Assembly: GCA_050613775.1 (NCBI GenBank)
Contig: JBODTK010000136.1
Location: forward strand, 248,001-312,000
Length of the DNA stretch: 64,000 nucleotides
Direction: 5' to 3'
Source: Neocallimastix sp. 'constans'
Taxonomy: Eukaryota
Part shown: piece after piece, positions 43,260 to 61,421 of the stretch
How the letters are laid out: each line of letters starts with the position of its first letter
Numbering within the stretch: position 1 is the stretch's first letter
Made by a program: the position numbers and the translations under genes
Notes under the pieces: generated by a model
Told to the model about the DNA's origin: nothing
Database searches by the model: none
Seen by the model: only the letters and a program-made list of their open reading frames with translations

Positions 43260-45060
43260 ACTACTCAATGAATCCTTTCTTTGTGGAAAGACGGTTGGAT
43301 TGGCCCTGTAATATCTGAGTAGATAGTTTCTGGAATAAATGCAATTTTGGGTGTAATTCCATTGTGTACCCTCTTTTTAAGTTTAGATACCTGACAATTA
43401 AGATATTTCGGAATTTTGACATTACGAACAATTAAATTATTTCTCTATGTTTTCTTGATTAAAGGATCCTATTTTTCGATGTCATAAAAGTCTGCTTTGG
43501 CCATTTAGTTTTATTTCCTTGACTAGGTGGTAAAATACAGATTACTACTGGGTTAATGAAACTATAGTTCGTGGTAGCGATTCTTATAATATTATTTCTG
43601 TCTGATTCAAACGAGTCTAGTAATTTATTTTTCTGTTTCTTGTTATTATACTTAAAAGTTAGACAGGTCTTATCTTTTTTGGGACAATTTTACAGACTAA
43701 TCCTTCCTTTATTAGTTTGAAACTCGCTTATTAAATTTCTATTGATTTTACTTGATTACAATACCATTCCAAATTTAAAATCATGCCCGGTTAGGTTTCC
43801 TTCGTGTGTTCCACTTCCTTTAAATTCACATGTTACATTGTTTGCGCACTACAGAGCTACTTTTTCTTGTTTATAATGCTTATAGTTTGTGAGAATATTT
43901 ATGTTAGAAGTAATATATTTAGAAGCACCTGAATCAGAAGTCCATATACTGTATCTTCTTCCGAGTTAAGTTCTATTAGGCTGATTATTTTTTCACCGTC
44001 ATTACCATTGGATGGCATTAAGTTTATGGATCTTCTTCTATCTTTAGAGAACTTTCCAGAATATTTAATTTGTTGTTGTAAAATTCCTTCAACTCTTCGA
44101 AAGGAAAAATTCCGATTCTTTTGGACTTTTATTTTGTTCGACATTAGAAATTTCCATTTGTCTTTTAAATCTTCTATTTTTGTTCTTTTAATTGTGTTTA
44201 GATATATTATAATTATTATAATTAAAAAAAAAAATTTCTATTTTTATTTAATAGTTTGAATTTATTGTCTTCTTTGCAATTATCATAATGTTTTGTTTCA
44301 TTATTAAAAATGTATTTTTTGATTCATAGAGGAATCTTTTTCCTCTAAAATCACTGTTATTCATAAAAATGAGATCAATATCCATATCCATTCAGTCTTT
44401 TCTAGTGACTTGACCATTATATTTTGCGTTTTGTTGTTAAAAATACATTTGGAAATTTAATATTTAGTACGTATCCTTTATAAAACTATCCATATCTTTA
44501 TTTTCTCTTGGTTTTTAATCGAATTTTTGGGTCAACAAGAAAAGAAAGGTAAAGTAATCTAAGATTTTCTAACTTTTCAAGATTCGTATTAAGCTTCTCT
44601 GAAGAGTTAAATATTTCCTTTAAATTCACTTATGACATCCTTACAATTCATAACTACTTTAATAGTTGTACATCTACATTTTCATTTCCTTTGTTGATTT
44701 CTTTTAACTTTGTCATGATGATCATAAGCAGTTTGAAGGTTTTTAATATGTTTCAAAGTATCCTTCGGTACATTGGAATTAATAATCGTTTTGGGCTGGA
44801 GCACCGTTACTTTTAGCAATCTTCGGTTTTTCAGAAAGGTCACTATAAGAATCAGCATCACCAATTCTTGCTTGCATTAATTTAGATTCCTAAAGGTGTG
44901 ATTAAATCCTAATTAATGTAATCAAAGACTTTCTTAGTCATTAAGGTATTTTTAATTTTGAAACACTATTCATTTTTATTAAGACAATTTTTTTTTTTTT
45001 TTTTTTTTTTTTGCTTTAATTGAAATTCAGTAGACATTTCGTACATTTTGAGACTATTAA
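43260..45060 (-). mobile_element. Ty1/copia relic (gag-like region, protease, start of integrase)
   Basis: Protease IWTSDSGASKYITSNINILTNY...CANN...GSG...VL*SSKINRNLIS (from 43947). Pre-integrase *HRKIGSFN (~43484) and NCQVSKLKKR. Integrase start ETIYSDITGPIQPS (~43330-43290). Protease directly followed by integrase is the copia order. Many stops and frameshifts; RT absent. Confidence 0.85.
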
Positions 45061-45342
45061 AAAGGGAATAAAACATTTTATTATTAATTAAAGTTTATTT
45101 TTATTAAAATTAGAAATAGATAAATTAAAAAATTTGACATTCATCTTAGTTATACTAATTGTGGCTTGATAATAATAGAATAAAATTACTTAAACAATGA
45201 ATAAATATAGATTAAAAGACTTTTGTCAATAATTAACATAAAAACAAAGACAATTTGAAATATTATATAATCTATTTGTATTAATTATAATGACTTTATT
45301 AATGATAATAACAACGATAATAATTAATATAAGTATTATTAA

Positions 45343-45424
<82 letters not shown>

Positions 45425-45519
45425 TTTGAAATTAGGAATGAATTATTATATATTATATTGGAATAATTATCATTAATGTAAACATTTATTACTATACTAT
45501 TTATTATTTATTATTATTA

Positions 45520-45631
<112 letters not shown>

Positions 45632-46415
45632 TATTATTATTATTATTATTTATTATTATTATGTAAAAATGAATAACTAATGTCTTTTTAAACAGTATTT
45701 CTATTAATAATACTACTATATTAAAAGGTTTTGTTAAAATAACAAAAATCTATTAAAATCTGTTAATTATAAAATAACTGGAATTATTAACAAATTATTT
45801 AATGAATATAGTCTATATAAATATATAAATAAATAAATAAATAAATAATTAAATATATTTATAATAAAAATATTTATAATCCATACAATAAAAATTATTA
45901 AATCCAATCATATTTTAGTTATATAATAAAAATATAAATAAATTTAATTAATCTTTCTTTATAACAATAAACTTTTACTTTTTAAAATAGTTATAAAAAT
46001 TAAATAGAACTTTAATAAAATTTGATTTAAAATTTTGAAATTTGGAATTAAAAGTTTTGAAATTTAATATAACATTTAAACAATTCACATTATTATTTAT
46101 TTATTTTTAATTTTATTTTATTTTATTTTTTTTTAAAAAAAATAGAATAATGTATAATATTTAGCGTTATAATTATTACAAATAAATTATCGTTACTATT
46201 TAAGTTTTAAGCTTTTTAGGAAAAAGTATATTAAAAAAATTATAATTAAACATTTAAATTATTGTGAAGTAAGTACTTTTAGTATTTAATTGTTTTAAAT
46301 TTAAATATTAAATAAAATTTTATTAAAAAATATTATTTTTTTAACAATAAATAAATATTTTTATCTTCTTTTATAATGAAATAATATAATTATATAAAGC
46401 TATTATTTAGTAAAA

Positions 46416-50131
<3,716 letters not shown>

Positions 50132-51388
50132 AATTAAAATTATTTTTTTTTTTTTATCTTATTATAATATTATAATTTTCATTATTTTTATTTATAGTAA
50201 ATAAATATATGATAAATTATTTATTTATTTACATTAATTTTATTATTTTTTTTTTTTTTATTTTATTTTATGTTTCAATAATATTATTATTTTATTTTTT
50301 TTTTTCATATTTCAACTATTTTTAAAATGTTAAATATCATATAAAATTTTTAAATTATATTAAAAAATAGATACAAATATTCATGTAACTTAAAATTATA
50401 ATAAATTATTTAAAATAATTAAAAAAATTTATTTAAATTTAATATATTCATTTATTTTTAAAAACCATTGATTTAAAAAATCCTTATAGTAAAGTGTATA
50501 TTTAATATATAATTTTATATTCTCTACATAATTGAATTTTCATTAATAATAGTTTAATTTTTGAATAAATGTATATAATAAAAATTATTTAAAAATCTTT
50601 TAGTTATACAAAGATAATAATGTTCAAAACTATTGATACATTTTTTAACTAAAGATAAATATATCGTTAGTTTTAGAAATATAAATTTTAGTTCATTATA
50701 TAATAATATTTAATAATTATTAAATATTATTATATAATGAAAATAGAAATTTAGATTAATAATAATTAATAATAATTAATAATAATTAATAATAATAAAA
50801 TAATAATAAATGATATAATAATAATAAACAATAATAATAAATAATAATAATAATAAATGAAAATAATAATATATAATAATAAATAATAAATAAATTTTAA
50901 TAATATCATAATACTGTTAAAAATTAATATTTACAATAATTTTTCTATTAACCATTATAGATCATAAATCGAATGATTGGTGGAATCGATAGAATAGTAT
51001 TACTATTATAATTATAATATAATAATATTATTAATAATTTTGTTAATACATATAATAATAAAAAATTGGACCTTCTAGAAAGAAAAGAAAAAGAAGTATA
51101 CAATTCATTATAACTCATTTTTTATATCTATTATTATTACTAAGAAATATTATAATTAGTTTCCAAATCCAAATCGAAATGTCATGTATATTTATATATT
51201 GACTATGAAATTTTTTTTTTTTATAATTTTAATTATATTATAACAGAAAATAAATTTTAATACAAAATATATAATAGAAAAAAAAAAATTTTTTTTTTCC
51301 ATTATATTAAAAATTTATTATGTATTAATAAATATATTTAATCTTCATTATTATATTATTATTATTATTTATTATTATTAATATTTAA

Positions 51389-51449
<61 letters not shown>

Positions 51450-51555
51450 GTAGAAAAATAATTTAAAAATTTTTTTTTTTTTTAGATTAAAATTATAAGC
51501 AATAATATATAATTTTTTTTTATCTTTTAATTTCCAATATTTTAATTTGGAGTTG

Positions 51556-51564
<9 letters not shown>

Positions 51565-51598
<34 letters not shown>

Positions 51599-52039
51599 AT
51601 AGACTTGCACATATGGGTACCCATCTCCCATATGGCCATACAGTTATTAATTAACTGTAAGGTGATGAGTTATTGGCATACTGTATCAGCTTCGCCGCTC
51701 TCAATCGTCGTTACACACTGCCCGGAGATGCATTCCTAACGTTCCTACATATATCTCTAATGACCACGAGCATCAGAACGGAACCATTAACTCCTCCCTA
51801 GTGGGTGTAATCATTGGCGATTGGAAATTTTACAATCATCAAGGTCTATGCTTCAATTCAAAGCGTAGTATCATGGTTGGGTGAAATAATCATCTGAGGG
51901 AAAGCCTTATAGACATCACGTGTGGTCTCATGATATCCCAGGATAGAAACCTCATCCGATTATTTGGTGCCATGCCGAGGATTCGAACCCCGCCCTCTAC
52001 AGTAACCTGTATCGTCCTAACCGACTGGACCAACATGGC
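51565..52039 (-). mobile_element. Intact tRNA-derived SINE with CCA-ending cloverleaf head, poly(T) tail and TSD
   Basis: TSD tggagttgattttaaaa at 51548-51564 and 52040-52056. Head 52039-51965: GCCATGTTGGTCCAGTCGGTTAGGACGATACAGGTTACTGTAGAGGGCGGGGTTCGAATCCTCGGCATGGCACCA, with A and B boxes. The 3' end is AGTCTATG followed by a T-run. Confidence 0.88.
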
Positions 52040-53401
52040 TGGAGTTGATTTTAAAATTTTTAAATTAGATTATTATACATATTTTATTTTATTAACAATT
52101 AATTATTTTTTATACATCTGATTTATTAAAAGAAAGAAAAATAAATAAAAGATTGAAATTTGTTTTCGCATTTTTTTTGAAAAAAGAAAAAAATTAAAAA
52201 AAAAAAAAAAAAAAAATAAAGCAACTTATTAAAGAACAATTATTAATGATATGAAAATTTACTCTTTTTGATTGGAATATATAAATAAATAATACATAAC
52301 ACAAGAAAAGTATATAAAAATAATTAAAAAAAGAAAAAAAAAAAAAGAAAGAAAGAAAGAAACAATTTGTAATAATAGAATAAGAAATCTTTTTATAAAG
52401 TAATATATCATCAATCAAATTATGATTATTAATTATTCTTTAATAATTAATTGATATTTAAATATTATATTTAAAAAATTTCCATTATATATATGTATAT
52501 TATTTTGATTATTATTTATTTAAAAAGAAAGTGAAATTAAAATAAAGTATTGGATATTTAATAAAATAAAATAAACTTTATAATTTTTAATTATTATATT
52601 TAATTATATTAGTATGTTAAATTTATATTTATTTAATGTATATATAATTTATTTACATATACAATTATATAATAATTGATTATACATTTTTAAAAAAGAA
52701 TTGTAAAATTATTAATTTAAAATATTTATTTATTTAAATAAGAATACTAATTTTTTTTTTTTTTTTTAATCTTTATATAACATAAATATTTAATTCTATT
52801 ATATATATACATATAAGCTTTGTTAAAAAATTAAAAGTTTTATTTAAAAATTTATTGAAAGAAATCATTTTTATTAAATTATAATAATAAACATAATAAT
52901 ATTCATATAATCCATTTTTTTTTTTTTTTTATTGAATATATTATATCAAATATAAAATACCAATATACCATTTTTTTCAATAGATATTTGATAATAATAA
53001 ATATTCAATTATATAACTATTTAAAGCAAAACAAAACAAAAATAAAATAAAATAAATATACAAACATAAACTTCTATTTTTTTTTTTTTTATAAAAAAAA
53101 ATATATTTATATATAATAATAATAATAATAATAAATAACAATAAAAAATACAAATTACAATAAAAAAAAGAAAATTAATAATTTATTTTGTTGAAAAAAT
53201 ATTTAAAATCTATTACATAGTAAATATTAAAATATAATATTCTAAAGCAGAATATTTTAAAATAATCATAATTACTTGTATTATGATATTTCAATTAAAT
53301 GAAAACTGAAAGGTGTAATTAGTACAACACAATAATTTGTTATATAGAACAACTATTTATATATATTGTAAATTATTAGGCTTTTATAATACATATAAAG
53401 A

Positions 53402-53451
53402 ATGACTGAAAAAGTAAATATAAGTAATATATGAGTAATTATAAGATTTAA

Positions 53452-53489
<38 letters not shown>

Positions 53490-55637
53490 TAATTCTTATA
53501 ATAAAGGAATCAAGTAGTGATTGCAATTCAATCAATTTTGGAGAATTTAAACGAGAAGAAATAGATAAAATTATGATAAATGAGGGATACGAAAAAGATC
53601 CAAAAGAGGTATTAATTTAGAAAATAATTTAAATGAATTAATAGAATATTTTATATCTCTAATAAATTAATTAATTATTAATATTATAGAATGAATGGGT
53701 TGAATGGGTGTACAAGCCAAAAGATACTAAAGCAAAAAAGAAATTGTATTTACCAAAAAATAAAGGAAGATTAGAAAAAGAAAAAGGTTAATAAAAAAAA
53801 ATTTTTTTCCATATTATTATATTTAGCATAATTCACTAACTAATATTTAAATATAAAAATATTTTTATAATTCAGAAGAAGATATAATAAATAATATAAA
53901 AAATAAAGGATTAAATCCAAATGCAAGAGACTTTGTTCCTAGAAATAAAGAAAAAACCAATAACACATTTCCTAATCAAGCTCCTAATCAAGTTTTTATA
54001 CCCATGAACTATTATTTTTATCCATCACAATATATACCATATAGTCGTCCTAATGTTTATTATCCAATGCGATTTCAACCGGTGAACTTTATATATGGAT
54101 ATTCATCGCAAGATGGAATGATACCACCAAATAGAATGGAATATGAAATGGAAAATCCACAACCAAATGGAGGTTACATTCCAGTAGCAATGACATCTGC
54201 ACCAATTATGCCAAACATACAAGGAGGGAAAATTAATGAAAATAAAAATATTATGCCAGTGAATGAAGAATATATAAATAATGGATTAAGCAATGAAGAT
54301 AATAATAATAGTAGAAATAATGAGGAAAATGAAGAAAATCAGGATGTAATAATTGATATTGAAGAATCAAATGAAGATTTAACCGAAAATCAAAATAATG
54401 ATACTGATGAAATTATTCAGAATATAAATATTACCGAAAATAATAAAGAAGATATTGAAAGTAAATCAGAAGAGATGGTAAATAAGCAACAAGAAGGAGA
54501 ATTAAATAAAATTAATGAACAAAAGCAATCTCAACAGCAAAAGATGAAACAAAATAGCAAAGAAAAAAATGTTATAGAGGAACAAACACAAAAGGTTAAA
54601 GAAATTCCGAAGTTAAATGAAATTAAAAAACAAAAATCAAGTGAACAAGCAAAAACGAATAAAGAAATAAAGGAAAGCGGTAAAAATAGTTATGCTAGTA
54701 AAGTAGAAAATGGAACAAATAATAATAACAAGAAAAAATCAAATGATAAGAAAAAGAATACTTCTTCAAAATTAACTAATAATAAAGATAATAAAATTAG
54801 TGATAATAGTAAGGAGGAAAAACCTAAAGAAGAAACTGAAATTAAAGAAATTGATAAAGAAATAAAAACTGAAGAAATTAATGCTAATGTAGCAGAAATT
54901 GAAAAGAAAGAAGAAAAAAAGGAAGAAGTAAAAAAAGAGGAAGTAAAAGTAAAATCATGGGCATCACTATTTGATAATGATAGTTCAAAATCAAATGTAT
55001 CAAAGACTAAAACAAATAAAGTTACTACTAAAAATACGACAACTAAAACTATACCAAAGAATCAATCTAATGTAGTTGAACCCGTTAATTGTATGGATTT
55101 ATTTATTCTTTATATTATTTTGAATTTTTATATTTTAATTATATATATATACATATAAATATTTAAAATTAAATGTTATTTGAATATTATATATATATGT
55201 ATAAATTTTCATTTTATATTAATATATGAACTAATATTTATTAATATTTTATTTTTTATTTTACTTTAGTAAATGATAAAATAAAGATTTCTTTTGATCC
55301 AGTTAAAATTCAACCTCGTGGATTAGTCAATAATGGAAACATATGTTTTATGAATGCAATTTTACAGCCTTTATTATATTGTGCACCATTTTACAATTTT
55401 ATAACCACACTAAAAAAAGAAACTAAACAATCAATAACTAATAAACCATCCATAATTGAATCAATGTAAAAATTATATAATATAGCATAACGATTACTAT
55501 AATAAATGAGATGCATTACTAATGATATAAAAAAAATTATAAATTTCATAATTAATTTCTGATATTATTGTTTAGGATAATGTTTATTGACGAGTTTAAA
55601 CAAATTAAAAAGAAATCTACTGATACCGAAGGTTTGT

Positions 55638-55688
<51 letters not shown>

Positions 55689-56192
55689 AATATCATTTTG
55701 AAATTTTGAAATAAAGTTGGAGAAAATAATAAATTAAAAATAAATAAATAAAAATAATTAATAAATAATAACAAAAATAATAAATAATTAATAATAAAAA
55801 TAATAAATAATTAATAATAAAAATAATAGTAACAACTATAATAATTAATAATAACAATTAAAATAATAATAACAATAACAGCAATAACAAATAATTAATA
55901 ATAATAATAAATAATATTCTTATATATATATATATAATTATTTAAATTATTTTTTATTTTATTTGATTAAAGAATTTGGTGAGTCATTTCTTCCTCAATA
56001 TTTATACGATGCTTTAAGAAATTATGGTTCTTCTAATTCATTAAAAGGAAGACAAGAAGATGCTGAAGAATATTTAGGATTTTTGTTAAATGGAATTCAT
56101 GACGAATTTATTTCAAGTAAGAATTATAATATTTAATATAATTTTTTTATTTAATTATATTTCTTTTTGTGGAATATTTAATTAATTTTCAA

Positions 56193-56226
<34 letters not shown>

Positions 56227-57177
56227 AAAATAGAATATACTGGATCATCCAATAATAATAAAAAATCCGATGGTGAAGGTTGGATGGAAGTTGGTCCAAA
56301 GAATAAGCCTGTAATTACTAGAGAGGCTGAAATTAAAGAATCACCAATCAATAGAATATTTGGAGGGAAAATAAAATCTATCTTAAAATCTCCTGGAAAT
56401 AAGCAATCAGCAACTTATGAGCCATTTTTATCTTTACAACTTGATATTACTGTATTTATTATAAATAATTTAAATAATTAAATAATATTAAAAAATAAAT
56501 AAATAAATAAATATTATTAGGATAATAATTAAATTTAAATTAAAAAAATTTTAATATAATTAATAATTATATCAAAAATTTAGCCAAATAATGTTCATGC
56601 TATAGAAGATGCACTTGAAAATTTAACAATAGAAGAAACTGTACCAGATTATATTGTTAATGGTGTTAAAGTTATAGCTAAAAAGCAAAATTTAATAGAT
56701 GGACTTCCAAATGTTTTATTATTACATTTAAAATGTTTTACATTTGATCATAATACTACACAAAAAGTTCAGAAGCAAATTGATTTTAAACCCGTTTTAA
56801 TAATTAAGCCAGAATTAGTAAGTCCTACACTAAAGAGTCATGCTCCATATAAATACAACTTATTTGCAGGTAAATAAATATATGAATTTTAATAGTTATA
56901 ATAAAATAAATTAAAAACTAAATATATATATTTATTTCATAAATATAAATATAAATATATATATTTACTATTTGTAGTGGTTAACCATCATGGTAAAATG
57001 GCTGGTGGTGGTCATTATACTTGTGATGTTAAATTATATAATAATAGATGGTTAAACTTTGATGATACGAAAATACAGCATACATCAGAATTAGAAGTTA
57101 TTACTCCAAATAAAAATCAATTGCCATATTTATTATTATATACATTAGATACGTCAGAACAGAAAAAAATAAAATAA
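53402..57177 (+). CDS. UBP3: Ubiquitin-specific protease UBP3/USP10 (multi-exon)
   Basis: Exons from 53402-53413 (MTEK), 53507-53608 (INFGEF), 53690-53786, 53876-55090 (PAM2-like GLNPNARDFVP). Cys box QPRGLVNNGNICFMNAILQPL at ~55310; GRQEDAEEYL; GWMEVGPKNK; His box HHGKMAGGGHYTCD...WLNFDD. The start exon is tentative. Confidence 0.9.
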
Positions 57178-58145
57178 AATAAAATATAAAATTTAAAAAA
57201 ATCATTCTATTTAAATAATGAACTTCTAATTAATCATAAAATAAAATATATTCAAAAATAATAATAATAATAATAATAATAAAATACAAATACAATAACA
57301 AATACAAATACAAAATAAATAAGGATAATCTATATAATAAAAATAATAATAAACCAAATATCAATAATAATATAGCAATAATTAAATACAATTAAGTCAT
57401 TCGTATTCACATATTTAATTTTCATTACTCATTCATATATTTTATTCACAGAAATATAAATAAAATATAATAATAAGAAATAATATAATTTAAAATAATA
57501 AGAAAATAAAACTCTATATAAAATAATAATAATAATAATAATGGAATTAATAATAACTATTATAATAATCAACAATTAGGCATTTATATATGCATTCATA
57601 AATGATCATATACAAAATATAATATGTTCATATAAAAAATATATAGATATATAAAATATACAATAGAATGTCAGTGATTTATAGCATCAAGTTAAATATT
57701 TGGAAATTTAACTTTATATCTTAAAAAAAAAAAAAAACTTTTTTTTTTATTACCTTGAATATCTTTTTTTATCTTACTCCTATTATTATTATAATAATAA
57801 TGATAAAATAATAATAATGATGATGAATTAATTTATTTAAAGATTTTATTCTTTCATATTTTTATTATTATTTTATAATATAAATATTATTTTAATATTT
57901 CTATATAATGAAATATTTAAATATATTTATATGTATAGAAATTTATTTTTTTTTTTGCCTTCTTTATATTTTTGCAAATTTTTTTAAATAATATATAATA
58001 TAAAAAATATTTATTTTCATTTATTTTCATTTATTTAATTTAATTTTTATTTTTTATTTTTTTTTTTTTTTTTTTCAAAAGTCAAATTTTTTTTCTTTTA
58101 TCAAATAAATATATTTTTTTTATTTCTATTTTAGTTTTATATTTT

Positions 58146-58188
<43 letters not shown>

Positions 58189-58556
58189 CTAATTAAAAAT
58201 TTATTCATATATATTTTTTAACTATTAAGCAAATAGATAATAAAAAAAAAAAAAAATTCTTAATCATATTATGTGTAATAAATAAATTATAAGAAATAAA
58301 TAATATATATCTAAATAATAAATCAATTATTATTGTTAATAATTGTTCATTTTAATTGTGATTAATCAAATTAAAGTGTGATATGTAAAATGATAGATAA
58401 CGATGTATGATGGTCTGTTTGTAATAATAATTATTTTATTAATACTGTGATTTTTTTTTTTTTTTTTTTTTTTATTAAAATTAAAAATATTGTTGTATTT
58501 ATTAAATGAATTAAATAAATAATGAATAAAGTTCGCAATAATTGCAATAATTGCGG

Positions 58557-58618
<62 letters not shown>

Positions 58619-59162
58619 TTTTTCACAAAATATATCTATGGAATCTGAATCACCTAAAAATATTTCTTTTGGTTAGAGAAAGAGTAGTGGACCCCATACT
58701 ATTTAAAGATATTACTTTTTTTGTTTTATTTAAATATTTTCTGATAGAAATGATAGTACAGTTATTTTGTTAAGAATAAGGTTTAAAAATTATTTTTATA
58801 TTAATGGTTGAATAATTAAAATAAAAAATTATATATATATATAATAATAATAATAAATGATAAGAATTAGTTTAAAAATTAATATGTGGAATACATTTAT
58901 ATATTAATGTAATCTATATAATTTTTTATAAAAAATTTTTACTTAAATTACTTCTTTTATTATAATTTTATAAAATAATATGTTATTGGGTTGAAATGAT
59001 AAGAAAATTCATTTTCATTAATCTTTGAATAAATTCTTCATGCTTCCTTATTATTATTATTGCTTTTATTAATTAATTAATTAATTATTTATTTATTTAT
59101 TTTTATTTTTATTTATTTATTTATTTATTTATTTATTTTATTTTATTTTATTTTATTTATTT

Positions 59163-59198
<36 letters not shown>

Positions 59199-59446
59199 TT
59201 TAAATTACGTTTCTATTATTTATTAATTAATGAATGAATTATAATTATATAATACTTTAATATAATTTTTATTACTTTTTATTTATTTATTTATTTTTAC
59301 TATTATTATTAATTTATATATATATATATAAATATATATATTTATTTATTTATGTATTATATATTTTAAAAAATCTATTGATTATTATGGATACTATATG
59401 TTAATATATATATTAATAAATTCGATAATAAAATAAATATTTATAA

Positions 59447-61421
59447 TTATTCTAAATTAATATCTTTTATTTCCTCTTCATTTGAAAGAAATTGATTTTC
59501 TATGCTTTCCATTGTTAATCTTCTTTGCTCATCAGCCATACTAGCCCATTCGGATCTTTGTCTGAAGAAAGCTTTTCTCATATTTTTTCTTCTTTTATCC
59601 ATATCATCTACTGGATTGACTAATGGTGCTTCATACTCTTCTTCTTCCTCTGGTTGAACTTCTTGAATCATTCTACTTCTACCTCCAAAGAGTGCATTGA
59701 CTATACCATTACTAGAACTATTATCTACAAAAAAAAAAAAAAAAAAAAAATGTCAACAATGTATAATTTATTTAATATAAATATTAGATTATATTTATGT
59801 ATGAAAAAATTATTACCTGAATGTATATTTAATTTTTTTTCTTCTCTTTTTCTGAGTATATCTTTATTTTGTTCATTAAACTTCTCACGTAATATATTTT
59901 GATGTTCTATGAAAGCATCTGATAATTTTTTTCCTGAATACGATTTAATAACTGGTCTAATATCATTTGGTAAAGTAATTGCCATGCCTTTTATATAAAT
60001 ATATATATATGTAATAAATAAATAATTAGTTGATATATTTATAATATTAAATAATATATTTACAATATTTATTTATTATTTTAAAATACTTACATTCAAA
60101 AAAAGGAATTAACTTTAATAATTCTTTATCACTCTTTTTACCATCCCATTCATTGATTAATATAATATTATTTTCAAATTTTTTATAAGAACTTTTGTTG
60201 GAGTCAAGAACAATAATTTTTTTTAAATCTCTATTTAAACAATTTAAATCTTTTTGATTCTTTCTAGTCATTGAATTTACGTCCTTACGATATAATCTAT
60301 TTAATACAACACCGTTGGGGTCAAGATTATTTATAACTGGCTCAGATGTCTTATTATAATTGCAATTTATATTTTAAAATATTTTAATAAATTATAAACT
60401 ATATTAGCTATATTTTATATTTATTATATTTTAATACTAACTTCAATATTTGTATCGGAGAAAATAACAATTTCATAAAATTGAGATAAATACTGTATAA
60501 AGAAATCAACACCAGGTCTTTTAACAACATGCCAACCATTTTCAGGCTTCATTAACAATAATTTATAATTAAATAATTATTAATAATAATAAAAATTTTT
60601 TATATATTATGTATAATAATCATAGCTATCACTTACATCCCAACTACTTTTAACTAAAATATCATCTAAATTAATAAAAAGAGTAAATGGCTGACAATGT
60701 GGAGCTGGTAATTCATCTGGTAAAATTTTTGAAACTTTTGGTTCCTATTATTATTTAAAATTTTATCCAATTCGATATTTCAATTTTTTATTTACATTAT
60801 TTATTTATAATATATTAATATTTTTTTTTTTATTAATGATTTACCTCAGCTAATTTTTTAAATTGCTTCTTTGAACGATTAACCCATTCATCTATATCAT
60901 ATGGATCGTCATTTTTGCTTGGCCAACCTTTTTATTAGTATTATAATTATATTTATTAAAATTTTAATTATATATTGAAATTCCTTATTAATTAATTAGA
61001 TTAATATTTTCAAGCTTAAAAAAGGGTACTAATAATATTATAATATTGAATTTGTACAAAAGAACTAATTTTTTAATAGAAAAATACCAGTAAATAAAAA
61101 GGCAAATGCAGCAGCTCCTCCTATAAATACAACAGTATTCCTAAATGGATGAGAACCACTTGGTGGTGGTGCTGTTTTTTGAGATTTTCTCTTTTCTTTT
61201 CTAAGACTTTGATATTGAATATTCTTATTTTTTCGATTGAATATTTTTGATTGTTTAATTTTTTCCATAATTTTTTGATTTAATTTTTGATTTGAATTAT
61301 CATTGCTACTTAATAATCTCATGTTTGTACCACCATTGTAACATAATTTGGTACTTATTGGGCATAAACTATTAGTAATAACAGTTTTCGTTGCAGGTAA
61401 AGATTGTCGAATTAATGACAT
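59447..61421 (-). CDS. TIM50: TIM23-complex presequence receptor TIM50 (multi-exon)
   Basis: Basic/hydroxylated N-terminal presequence; single TM segment [23 protein letters not shown]-like domain [60 protein letters not shown]...[17 protein letters not shown]...[19 protein letters not shown]...DIRPVIKSY. Confidence 0.9.

Noticed and set aside
51965..52039. Functional tRNA gene
   Set aside because: The anticodon loop is only 4 nt, CCA is encoded, and the sequence lies inside a TSD-bounded element.
51930..52121. 63-aa ORF MISQDRNLIRLFGAMPRIRT
   Set aside because: Antisense reading of the SINE tRNA head.
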